Source of the DNA: Marsupella aquatica
Taxonomy: Eukaryota; Plantae; Marchantiophyta
Length of the DNA stretch: 64,000 nucleotides
Assembly (NCBI GenBank): GCA_973895155.1
Contig: OZ316896.1
Span: 186,001 to 250,000, forward strand
Direction of reading: 5' to 3'
Positions 24,748 to 37,300 of the stretch are shown one piece after another. The translations under genes and the position numbers were made by a program. The notes below the pieces were generated by a model that searched no databases, was not told the origin of the DNA, and saw only the letters and a program-made list of their open reading frames with translations. Position 1 is the stretch's first letter, and each line of letters opens with the position of its first letter.

Positions 24748-27700
24748 TGGCTCCCCACTTAATTGTGAAGCATCCTCGCGAACAACTTCATCTTCGTCCA
24801 TATAGTATTTCTTGAGGCGGTCGTAATGGATGCAAACTGGGTACACCTCTCCAATAATGTTGGCCAATTGCACGGAGCCATTGGAGAACTTCATGGTTAC
24901 TCTGAAGGGTACTAACCAGCGCGTGTAAAGTTTACCTGGAAACCTATTATACCTACTGTCATAAAGTAATACAAGATCTTCTGTGTGAATACTAACTGGT
25001 TTCAACTTCTTATCATACTGTTGCTTCATGGTATTCTGTCTATATTCTACTCTCTCAGCTGAAATCATTCTTGCCTCTTCTAAAGCTTCTAACCTATACT
25101 CTCGCTCCTTTAGGCTTTCCTCCACTGAAGATCTCTCCTCAATTGTAACTTGAAATGTAGGAATCTCAAGTTGCATTGGTACCAGGGCTTCCTGTCCAAA
25201 GGTTAAGAAAAAAGGTGTATGACCGGGAGTGGATTTATAGGCTAAATTGTAAGCAAAAACAGCAGCAAACAATTTATCATCCCAATCGAGTTTGTTCTGA
25301 GCTACGGTTTTGTTCAATATCTTTCCTATAATTCCATTGGCTCGTTCTGTCAACCCATTTGCCTTTGGGTGGTAGGGAGTAGTAGGCCTATGTCTAACTA
25401 AATACTGCTCATTTAAACGACTAATTATATCATTCAGAAAATGGGTTCCTCTATCACTAACTAATTCTAAGGGTGCGCCATACCTGGTGAAGATCTGCTC
25501 ATACATGAATCGAGCCGTAGTAATTGCATCATCCTTCATTGTCGGCCTGGCCTCTACCCACTTAGTTGCATAATCCGTGGCCAAGATTATGTACTTGTTT
25601 CTTCGAGGATGAGTCAATGGTTTCAGAGGTCCGATGTAATCAATACCCCACTTCTCAAATGGTGCCAGAGGTAGAATAGGGTGCAGTGGATGTCTTGTGG
25701 GCGCCCTTGGTCCTCCCGCTCACTGACAAGGATCGCATTGTTTGATAAACTTATAGACATCTTTGTGCAAGGTGGGCCACCAGTAACCGGCATTTAATAT
25801 CTTTTTAGAAGTGGTTATTGGAGCGAAATGCCCCCCGGCCTCCTCCCCGTGCATAGCTCGTAAGACTCATTTTACTTCTCCCTCCTCCAAACACCTTTGA
25901 ATCGTGCCACTGATTCCATGCCTGTGTAGTACGCCCTTAATGCACTGATATCGTCTGACCTTCCGCAGAAAGACTACGGCTTGCTCTCGGCTTAGTCCGG
26001 GCTGTAATCTGGAAGTGCTGAGAAATTGTAAAATCTCAGGGTACCATGTATCAGCTATTTCCACAATAAATAGCTCCTCGTCGGGAAATCGATCGTCGAT
26101 GCAATCCGTTGCAGGTTCACCTGTGATCCTTGAAAAGAAGTCGGCATTGGCGTGTTGCTTTCCGACTTGATTTTTAGCTCGTAGTCAAACTCCTGTAATA
26201 GCAAAATCCATCTTGCTACCCTGCCTGTAAGGTCCGGTTTATTTACTAGGTACTTCAAACTTTCATGATTAGTATGAAAGATTACCTTGTACCCTAGTAG
26301 ATAATGCCTAAACTTTTTACATGAATAAATGACTCCTAATGCTTCTCTTTCTATGGTGGAGTAGTTTCGTTCGGCATCGGCAAGCTGGCGGCTTGCAAAG
26401 TATATGGGATGGTCCCTTCCTTTCTCATCCAACTGACTTAGTACTGAGCCAATACAGAAGCCTGAGACATCTACAAAGACATGAAAATCCTTGTTCCAGT
26501 CTGGTGCTATCATGACTGGGGCCTCTACTAACATCTGCTTCAATTCCACTACTACTGTTACTCGTTCTGGTGTGGGTTCGAAGTCTGCACCTGCCTTGAG
26601 CATGTTGGTTAATGGTAAAGCTAGCTTGGCAAAATCCTTGCTGAACCGACGATAATAACCAATGCACCCCAAGAAGGATCTCACATCTTTTATGTTCTTA
26701 GGTTGCATAATATCTAGCCATACTGCTAGCTTACCTTTATCAATCTCAATGCCCTTCTTTGATACCTTGTGACCTAGTAGCACACCCTCTGTTACTCCAA
26801 AGAAACATTTATCGGGGTGTAACTTGAGACCTACCTCTCTGCATCTCATGAAGGTTTTCCTGAGGTATTTAGCATGTTTCGATGCCTTCCCAAATACTGC
26901 AAAGTCATCAATGAAGATTTCCATGAATTTTCTCAAGTAGTCATGAAAAATGTTCACCATTAATCGTTGGAACATAGCTGGTGCGTTACATAGTCCAAAC
27001 GGCATACGATTGAAGACATAGATCCCCCATTCCGTGATGAAGGCTGTCTTGATTTGGTCCTCCTGCCTAATCCTGATTTGGTTATAACCAGAGTACCCAT
27101 CTATGAATGAGTATAGTTCATGACTGGCTACCATGTCTAACACCATATCAGTAAAGGGTAAAGGAAAATGATCTTTCAATGTAGCCTCATTCAACTTCCT
27201 GTAATCCTGACAAACACGGATCTTTGGTTTACCATCAGGTCCAGCTTTCTTGGGAACTATCACAATTGGAGACACCCAGTCTGAATGCAGGACTGGAGTG
27301 ATGAATCCGGCTTCCACTAGTTTATCGATTTCAGCCTTGACCATCAGAGAATACTTGGGGTTCATCCTTCAAATCGGTTGTCGAAATGATTTGGCCCCTA
27401 ACATGAGATCAATTCGGTGTTCTCCTAGTTTTGGGTCTACTCCCTTCAGATCTTGGTGACTCCATGCGAACACATCCTGAAATTCAATTAGTAATTCGCT
27501 GATCTCTTTCTCAAGCTCAGGTGCTAGGTCCCGCCCCAAGTTCAGTTCCCTTCCTTCTCCTAAGTCGAGCTTCCGGTATTGCCGTGCTTGGATCATATTA
27601 ATCTGCTTCTTCAAATTCGGGTCCAACGCGGCCTCCAGCCTCTCCAGTCTCATACCTCCATAGACTGGAATCTCGGCGGTACTAGCCGAATTGGTTGACT

Positions 27701-27815
27701 GGAGTTCTCCCTGGATATTAACAGACTGTTCCCTTACCGTTCTGCTTGGTTTTGCATTGGTTGTCGGCTCCCCTTCCTGACTCGGCTCTGGTTTCTTCCC
27801 GTGCATCTTATCCAT
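24736..27815 (-). pseudogene. pol: pol: reverse transcriptase, RNase H, integrase (frameshifts and stops)
   Basis: RT: WVSPIVIVPKK, CQDYRKLN, DGYSGYNQI, MPFGLCNAPA, FIDD. RNase H: VFVDVS..ERNYSTIEREAL. Integrase: HHCC region ~25730-25860, DYATKWVEA, SDRGTHF, PYHPKANGLTER. No chromodomain. Confidence 0.95.
24751..24762 (-). promoter_or_regulatory. Polypurine tract (AAGTGGGGAG) inside the integrase coding end
   Basis: Purine run 3 nt before the LTR start TG; the same arrangement recurs at 63310-63320. Confidence 0.75.
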
Positions 27816-27917
27816 TCCTGCTTCCCTGAGGGTCAGGCCATCGTGCTCTTCCGGCTTCTAGTAGGGCCTCAATTTGTTCTGCCCTTGTGATCGGCTTGTA
27901 AGCCGATCCTTTGGTAT

Positions 27918-30914
27918 TTAATTTGTTGCCGATGATAGACGGCGTTGTGGATCCTGTCGGCTCTGCCACAACGCCCGAGGAAAATCCACTGTCTCTGGTG
28001 TAGCTCCCCACCTAGCCGTTTCATCTAGCCGATCCGCCTCTTGTGTCTCCTCCAGAATTGAAGCTAAAAATGTTGACTCTATGGCAAAACAATCCTCGGT
28101 CTCTTCTTCACCTTCCTCCATGTTACTCTCCATATGTTCGTGCCATAGTCCGCTGGGGGGTACTTCCGGTCCAAACACACTTTCTTCGGTTAGGTCAGTG
28201 AGGCATTCTAACCAACGTACTTCATCGGCTGACTCGAGTCCACTGTCGTACCCATCTACTTCCCTGATGCTTTTCCTACAGTCATCCTTAGTGTCCCATG
28301 ATACCGTGATAGAGGGGGTCCCAAAAGTGAACTCCTTCTTACCCCAATCTTCTATTACCTTGGCTAGGTACAACCATGGCCTGCCAATTAATAGTCGAAA
28401 CGACATAGGGTTTACTGGCTTCATCACTACATAGTTAATGCTAAAGAAAATACCTCCTATCTCAGTTTTGATGCCGGTTAACACCCCCGTGGGAATGACC
28501 TGATACCCATTGGCCATGTTTAACACTCTTCCAGTCATCTCCGGCGTTAGACCCCATCCTTTTGTTGTTGAATCAATCATAATACATACCCTGGATCCTC
28601 CATCAATGGGTACTCGCAATAATACTTCTCCTTGAATCATTAATGGTAATGCTGGGGCTCCTTGATCTTCTTCTATCATCAGCACATCGGATCTGGTTGC
28701 TACCTTGGGTAATCTCGGTTTGCCGAGAATTGCCTTCCTTAACTGCTTCCGGAAGTACGGGCTATTTTTCAATAGTTGACCTACGGTTGCCGAGACTCTA
28801 GATTCTAGCACATCTTTAGCCAGGTCATAGGGAACTATCGGCTTCTCTTCTGGCGGTGTCTTCATCTTGGCTTTGGTCTGTTTCTTCACGCTGGTTTCCA
28901 CAGTCGTTGGATCCTCCGAAGCAAATAGTGCTTTTGCTCGTTCCACATCCTTGGCTATGGCTTCGGTATTCTCCAGGGTTTCTAATTCTCGCAGTTGTTC
29001 CTTAACACTAGCCGTAATAGCGGGGTAGAACAACTTAGGGTGATCTCGATTGAAATCGCTGTCCTGTGAAGGATTGGGGTCACTGGTGAGCTCATGGCTT
29101 ACCTGTGTTGTCGGCGCCTTTCCTTCCCCTTCCATCGACGTTGACGAAGAGTCGATTCTTTCTTCCTTATCCTTCCCTTTATTTTTGGCCAGCCCATCCC
29201 ACCTTTCCTTCCTTCTGGTGGATCGAATAGAGACCCGGTAGCAATCATGATCCAAATCTTCTTCTGAAAATGTTGATAAGGCCTCGGCCTCATCATCAGA
29301 TGGTCCGAACTCTGCCTCGGCATCCGTTTGCCATCCGAGTTTGATGTGGTTGATTTGAACTCCTCCGGGGGTAGTACCTAGTAGTAAAACTTTGACTAGC
29401 AAGAGCTTATGATTTGCGGCCAGGCCTGCCAACCAAGTAGGACATTGTCCTAGCATGTGACCCTCCTGTCGGCATCCCATACATAGCTGAGCTGGTTGTC
29501 CATCACCTTGTTTGCGTGACGCATTCGGGCATTCTCTAGCAAAATGACCAGGTTGACCACAATTATAGCATGCCGCAAATCTTTGCATATTCAGCCTAGG
29601 AGGTACTGACGGATTTTGAATAATCCGAGGATACATCTCTCCCGGATTGTTCCTTAATCCTGACCAGAGAGATGCAGGTCTGTTGGATAAGTCTCGTGCT
29701 CCAGTCTCACTAATGCCGAAAACACTATCAGCAGCATCCCCTAAAAAGTACTCTATTTCTCCCTGACATGGTCTAGCCTCAGTCACATGCCGAACATTAC
29801 TAGTATTAAGTTTAGGACACGCATCTTTATGGTGTCCGGTTTATAACATAAGGCACACCATACAGAGCTATCCTCCTGTACTACCTTCTTCTTTGGTTTT
29901 ACCTCTGCTATTATAGCCTTAAGCTGCTGGGTAAGAGCTACGAGATTATCTGGCATTTTAGCCTCTAGTTTGACTTTCAACTTCCCCCTCCTTCTGCCCT
30001 TCTTTTTCCTAGTTTTCTTCTTCTTCAGAACTAGAAGATGACTCACTCTTGCTACTTCCACTATTCGAGCTTGAGTTATCACTTCTTGACTTCTTAGAAT
30101 GTTTCTTTTTCTTATCTTTTTTCTTATGGGGTGATCCTTCCTCCGATGAGGAACTCTCAGACTTAAGTTGTTTCTTCCGGCTTGTGATATCTGCATTAAT
30201 GTATAATTGAATATTCTTAATTGCCTCGGCTAAAGTCTCTGGGTTCTCCTTCCTAATTGCAAAACTCATCTTCTGTGGCAAAGCATTCACTAACCATTGA
30301 AGTTGCATACCTTCAGATGCATTGGTCTTTGTACGTCTTACCAACTTTTGGAAGCGTTGCAAGAACTTCCTGAAGGATTTGTTCTCCTTGAACCGAAGTT
30401 GTCCCAACTTCAGCACTGCTAACTCTGAAGTTCCAATGGGTCGAAACTCCTTGACAAATAATGGTCTGAAAGTATTCCATATGGCTTGATCTTCCACGTC
30501 CAAGGCTCTATACCAAGGCCTAGCCTCACCTTTGAACAGGCCGGGAAGAATTTGCATCTTGATGGCCGATTCTCCATTTGCTGCAGTAGTTCCTTCGAAG
30601 TCATCCAACCATTTGTCCGGATCCTCATCTCCTCTACCATGAAAGGCCTTGTAATGAATACGTGACCGTTGGCTCAGTCTGGTCCCTGGCCTCTCGTCTG
30701 GCCGTGCCTCTGGTTCCCCCATGTCGGTTGGAGACTCACTTCTCCTTACTGACCCTTCTTCTGGTATGTCTTCTTCGATGCCACTTTCAGTTACGGAGCT
30801 ACTAGCTCTTTCTGCCCCTCTCAGTCGCTGTGTATCATGCCACCCGGCGAGCTGCTGCAAACGAGCTCTCTCCCGTTGAATCGCTCTTTCCTCCCTCGGC
30901 ATAGGTTCAGTCAT
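27918..30914 (-). pseudogene. gag: gag (capsid plus three CCHC zinc knuckles) and aspartic protease, frameshifted
   Basis: FHGRGDEDPDKWLDDFE capsid motif; knuckles CALCYKPGHHKDAC (after frameshift repair at ~29835), CYNCGQPGHFAREC and CMGCRQEGHMLGQC; protease IDGGS...LLIGRPWL. Confidence 0.9.
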
Positions 30915-30960
30915 TACCTACGCTTCCTTCCTAGCTTCATATCTCACGGCTTAAGAAATG

Positions 30961-30983
30961 CCCCCTCCATCTAGCGCCAAAAA
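30961..30983 (-). promoter_or_regulatory. Primer binding site
   Basis: On the - strand, LTR end CACCACA is followed by TTTTTGGCGCTAGATGGAGGGGG, a TGGCGC-type PBS as in plant non-chromovirus gypsy elements. Confidence 0.8.
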
Positions 30984-33900
30984 TGTGGTGCGTCCCATGG
31001 CTCCCCAAACCCAAGAAACCCCCCCCGCACAAGCCGATTCCTGCAGGTTTGGTGCTCGGCGAGGCCGTTTCCGCGGCTTAGCGGCATGGGACGCTGCTAA
31101 CCTCCTTTCTACTACTACTATTAACATTTTACACACATATACTGGACAGATCCTTCATCGGGTCATGAGATACGCAGTCGGCCTAATCTAGGCCTTCTCT
31201 TGTCTTTCCCTCCTGTTGGTTAGGTATATTTGGATTCCGCCGCCGGAATGATCCCCAATTGGTTTGGTTAAGCCGCTAAGACCTCTCTCAGCTCGACACA
31301 TCCAACTCTCACTCCCTTGCTTACTTCCCTTCTACTTGTTGATGTGGGCACTCTTCACACAAGTTAATGCAACACACAAATAGCAAAATGACTCCTTCTG
31401 ACTGAGTTATACCATGCACTTGCAATACAAACAGTACATCTCATACACAAGCTCTGCGAACTAAGCCGTGAGGCCAACTCGATTCAGTTCTTAGGTATGA
31501 GGAAACATGAATATACACAAGGGTCACTGTATGACTAACCGAGAGCTTCTCTTACTACTTGATCCCAGCCCTGCTGGTGCAACTAAAAACTTGCTAAAGA
31601 AGAGGCCCTGAACTCCCCGCAGCCCAGGTACTTATCCTGGTTGTGGATCCGCCTGATTCCTTGCAGCGTAAGCCTAATCTACCTACTGTAATCTACCTAA
31701 CTGTAATCTACCTATGTACAGCGAGGTAGGAGCACAAGTGTCGTCCTCACCCGTGGATCCAAAATCCCACTAATCTAAGTGTCACGGCCGTCTCCTGGTC
31801 CTGATCCTAAGTCTAAACTTGGAGATCAGCGCCCGCCCTGCCCACTCACGCCTCCTACCTCCACGTCCGCCCTCCCTAAAAGGGACGGCGCCCTTACACC
31901 GTCATGACACCGGTGGCTGGTCCTCAATGGACGCCCCCAACGCTTCCTCCGCAGCCACTGCCGTTGGTCCCTCCTCTGACAGATTACCTGCCCCTGACCG
32001 AGTCAACTCTTCATCGGCCTGACTGGGTCCACCCTCGGCTTCGGCCTCTGATATGGCTACGGCCTCTAATATGGCTATGGTCTCCCCGGCATGTCCTAGT
32101 GGAGGATCCGGTACCTCGGCAGCATTACTGGTTCTCCCGGCCTCGGCCTTGCTATCTCCACTCCCTAGGATCGGTGGATCCACCGCCATGCCGATGCCGG
32201 AGATTGGTGCCGGGTTTATCTTCTTGGTCATAATGGCTTGAGAAGCCGTATAACTCCCAGACCTAGAAGGTTTCCGCTTCTTCTTCTTCCCTATTTTGAC
32301 AGCCGGTTCCTTCCCCTTGCCACTTACCTTTGGCACCGGGGTGAGTGTTTCGGCTTGTCCTTCGGCCAATACTACCCCTGGTAACTGGGTTTCCCCAATT
32401 GGAGTTGGACCTGATGAAGCCAAGCATTTAAATACTACGGCTTGTGTCTTCAGTCGCTACGTTTGGTTGTCGGCCCGCCGCTGTAGGTTCTCCATCTTCC
32501 TTGTGATTTCCTCCAACTCCTCCTGGGTCTCGTCCAGGTCCTTGCGTGCCTCCTCCAGCTCCTTATTGGCTTCCTCCAATTCTTTCTTTAAGGTAGCCCT
32601 CTCCTCCTGGGTTGCTCTTAGCTCCTTGTCGAGCTCTGCTACGACCACAGACTCCATCTTATTCATCTTGGCATAAGTCTGGTCGAGCTGGTCGTCCTTT
32701 TCACGCAGGTCGGCCTTGAAGCTGGCCGTTAGGGACGCAAGCTCCTGCTGTAGCACAATAATCCCTTGATAGGATTTCCCTAACTCTGCTTCCTTCTGCT
32801 CAAGGGCTCTGCGGATATCTTTGAGCTCTCCTTTCAACGCCCTCTCCCTTCTCTGGTTCTCCGCCATGGCTCGATTGTTGGTTGCTAAGTGGGCCTCCTA
32901 TGCATCCCTTAGCTCCTGCTTCCATTTCTCTCTTTCCTTGACTGCGCCGACCAACTCTCCTTGGGTCCGAGTCAGTTTATCTTTGATAATTTGATTGTCA
33001 GACTGAGCGGTATCCAACTGCCCCTGCATGATGTTTAGCTCATGCCGCTTAATCCGCAGCTCATCTTGGGCTTTCTTGGCCACCTACAGGACTTCCGCCT
33101 TGGCTTCCTTCTCCCTAAGCCGCTGGATGACCTCGTCCTTCTTGCTTCTCTCCAAAGCCACCGCTTCTTCTAATCGGTGCTTTTCCAACATCTCCCTCTG
33201 GAAAAAGGGTCCCTGCTCCAACTCCTCCCCAAAGATGCTGAGCGCCAGGTCCCCACACATCTCCCCGTACTCCATGGCTCTATCCTTAGCATAGGTGGAG
33301 TAACTAGAAGTCATCGGCATCAACCACCGCGGCCTCTGCTCCCAAGCCGCCTTGCGGATTTCTTCTATGGTGGCAAGAGGGTTGCTTCTTTTTTCGGCAA
33401 GCCGCCTGATGTCCTCCGGCCAATCTCCTCCTAGTAATTCTTTCTCCCTAACCAGGACTGCTTTCTCTTCCTCCCTAAGTTGCTCCTGAAATTCTTGTGC
33501 CGTCTGCTTTATGCCGTCAAAGCTCGGGGGAGCAACCTCTGGTGGGGGAGACTCGGGGCTACTATGCTGGGTGGGGTCCCCTCGCACTACTCTTGGAAGT
33601 GTGGGGATAAATCGGCCACAGGTCCTTACTCCTGGAACATGATGATCCAACCCATAGCCAGAGTTATCATTACTATAGTCCTCCACCGCCTCCTCCACTA
33701 CTTGGACTCTCGGCTTCTCCCTTTGTTCCCTTGGTCCTGTCGTGCAAACGGCCTTACCGATCACGGGCTCTGGTTCCTCTTGTTTCCAAGCTATCGTCTC
33801 CCTCTGCTCTCCACGGGAAGGAGCCTTAGGCTGCTCTGCCTCTGATTCAGGGCTTGAGGCTCCCACGTACATTTGTACTCCCGGCTTGTGTTCCGGCCTC

Positions 33901-34341
33901 CCTCCTCCTTGGCTCCGGTAAAGGGGTCTTCCCTTCTGAGTTGGCTTAGGCCGACCTCTGGGGCAATGTCTTGTATCAGTACCGTTGCCATTGCCGTTGC
34001 CGTTCTCTTTTCCTTCTCCAGCAATTTCAGCAGATTTTGCATGCCTGGTTGCTGCATCGGCAAGTCTTCTTTCCTTGGCCGAAACACCTGCTCGATCGTC
34101 GGACTGTCGGGCTGGTTGGGCTTCTCTGGTGCCGGCCCCTGGTCCGGAACCTCCTCCGGTGCCCTTGCCGATAGGGGAAGTACTGGGGCAAAGATTTGAC
34201 TTCTGGCATACCGGCACAACAGCGGCATGTGATAGCCAAGCCGGGACACGCTTTCCACGCCGATCACCTGCTGTTCCTCCTTCAAGATCTTCTTCAGTTG
34301 GTTGAGGAGGTACCCGTTGTAATCCCGGCTTGGGTCTGGCC

Positions 34342-37300
34342 TGTGGTGCGTCCCATGGCTCCCTGAACCCAAGAAACCCCCCAGCTCAAGCCGATTCCCG
34401 CAGGTTTCGCGCTTGGCGAGGCCATTTCCGCGGCTTAGCGGCATGGGACGTTGCTAACCTTCTACTACTACTATTAACATTTTACACACATATACTGGAC
34501 AGATCCTTCATCGGGTCATGAGATACGTAGCCGGCCTAATCTAGGCCTTCCCTCGTCTTCCCCTCCGTCTTGTTAGGTATGTTTGGATTCTGCCGCCGGA
34601 ATGATCTCCAATAGGCTTGGTTAAGTCGCTAAGACCTCTCTCAGCTCGACACATCCAACTCTCACTCCCCTGCTTACTTTCCTTCCTTCTAGTTGATGTG
34701 GGCACTCTTCACACAAGTTAATGCAACACACAAATAGCAAAATGACTCATTCTGACTGAGTCATACCATGCACTTGCCATACAAACAGTACATCTCATAC
34801 ACAAGCTCTGCGAACTAAGCCGTGAGGCCAACTCTATTCAGCTCTTAGGCATGAGGAAACATGAATATACACAAGGGTCACTGTATGACTAACCGAGAGC
34901 TTCTCTTACTACTTGATCCCAGCCCTGCTGGTGCAAACTAAAAACTTGCTAAAGAAGAGGCCCTTAGCTCCCCGCTGCCCAGGTACTTATCCTGGTAGTG
35001 GATCCGCCTAATTCTTTGCAGCGTAAGCCTAATCTACCTAACAGTAATCTACTTGCCCGGATCTACCTATGTACAGCAAGGCAGGAGCACAAGTGTTGCT
35101 CCTACCAGTGGAACCGCAATCCCACTAAGCTATGTGTCAGGGCCGCTCCTGGTCCTAATCCTAATCCTAAACTTGGAGATCAGCGCCCGCCCTGCCCACT
35201 CACGCCTCCTCCCTCCACGTCCGCCCTTCCTAAAAGGAACGGCGCCCTTGCACCGTCACGACACTGGTGGTGGATCCTCAATGGACGCCCCCAACGCTTC
35301 CTCCTCAGCCACTGCCGTAGGTTCGTTTTCTGACAGATTACCTGCCCTTGACTGAGTCAACTCTCCATCGGCCTGACTGGGTCCACCATCAGCGTCGGCA
35401 TCGGCTCGGGAATCATTCTTGGCTACGGCCTCAGCCTCGGCTACGGTTTCCCCGGCTTGCTCAAGAGGCGGATCTGGGATACCGGCCTCATGATTGAGTA
35501 GTTCGGCTTGGGCCGCACCTTCCCCACCCTTGGTGATAGCGGGATCTATTGCCGTGTTCATGCCGGAGGTTAGTGCTGGGTCTACCTCCTTGGTCACCAC
35601 GGCCAATGGAGTCGTATTACTCCTTGACCCTGAAGGTTTCCGCTTCTTCTTCTTTTCTGGTTCGGCAGCTGGTCCCTTCCCCTTCCCACTTACTTCCGGC
35701 ACTGGTGCAGGTGGCGCGGCTTTTTCTTCGGCCAGTACCACTCCTGGTAATTTGGTTGCCCCAATTGGAGTTGGGCCTGATGAAGACAAGCACTTAAATA
35801 CTGCGGCTTGTTTCTTCAGCCGCTCTGTTTGGTTGTCGGCCCGCCGCTGGAGGTTCTCCATCTTCCTCGTGATTTCCTCCAACTCCTCCTGGGTCTCATC
35901 CAGGTCCTTGCGCGCCTCCTCTAGTTCCTTCTGGGCTTCCTCCCGTTCTTTCTTCAAGGTAGCCCTCTCCTCCCGGGTTGCTCTTAGCTCTTTGTCGAGC
36001 TCTGCAATGATGACAGACTCCATCTGATTCATCTTTGTGTAAGTCTGATCGAGCATCTCGTCCTTCTCCCTTAGGTCGGCCTTGAAGCTGGCCGTTAGGG
36101 ACGCAAGCTCCTGCTGCAGCGCCATAATCCCTTGATAGGATTTTCCTAACTCGGCCTCCTTCTGCTCAAGGGCTCCGCGGATTTTCTCGAGCTCCCCCTT
36201 CAACGCCCATTCCTTTCTTTGGGTCTCCGCCATGGCCCGGCTGTTGGCTGTTATGTGGGCCTCCTCTGCATTCCTCAGCTCTCGCTTCCACTTCTCCCTC
36301 TCTTTAATCGTATCGGCCAACTCTCCCTGCGTCTGAGTCAGTTTATCCTTGATATTCTGATTATCAGCCTGCACGGTGTCCAATTGCCCCTACATGATGT
36401 TCAGCTCATGCCGTTTAATCCACAGTTCATCTTGGGCTTTCTTGGCCGCCCTTAGATCTTCAATCTCGGCTTCCATCCTCCTAAGCCGTCGAATGACCTC
36501 GTCCTTCTTGCTTCTCTCTAAAGCCACCACTTCTTCTAACTGGTGCTTCTCCAACTGCTCCCTATGGAAAAAGGGTCCTACCTCCAACTCCTCTCCAAAG
36601 ATGCCGAGCGCAAGTTCCCCACACATCTCACCATACTCCATGGCTCTATTCTTAGCGTCGGTGGAGTAAGTAGAAGTGATCGGCATCGCCCATCGCGGCC
36701 TCTGCTCCCAAGCCGTCTTGCGGATCTCTTCAATCGTGGCTAGAGGTTTGCTTCCTTTTTCGGCTAGCCGCCTGATTTCCTCCGGCCAATCTCCTCTTGG
36801 CAAATCCTTTTCTCTAGCCAGGGCTGCCTCCTCTTCCTGCCTGATTCGCTCCTGAAATTCCTGCGCCGTCTGTTTTATGCCGTCAAAGCTCGGGGAAGCA
36901 ACATCTGGTGGGGGAGACTCAGGGCTACTCTGCTGGTTGGGGTCCCCTCGTACTACCCTTGGAAGTGTGGGGACAAACCGGCCACAGGTCCTTACTCCTG
37001 GAACGTGATGGTCTGACCCATAGCCGGAGTTATCATGGCTGCAGTCCTCCACTGCCTCCTCTACTTCTTGGACTTCCGGCTTCTCCCTCTCCTCTTCGTC
37101 CGTAGGAGCTTCAGGCAATTCAGCCTCAGATTTAGAGCTTGAGACTCCCACATACATTCGAACACCTAGCTTGGATTCCGGCCTGATTCTCTCCTTGTCT
37201 CCAGCAAAGGGGTTTTCTCTTGTGAGCCGGTGTAGGCCTACCTCTGGAGTAGTGTCCTGCATTATTGCCGTTGCCGTTGTCGTTGCCGATGCCGATCTCT

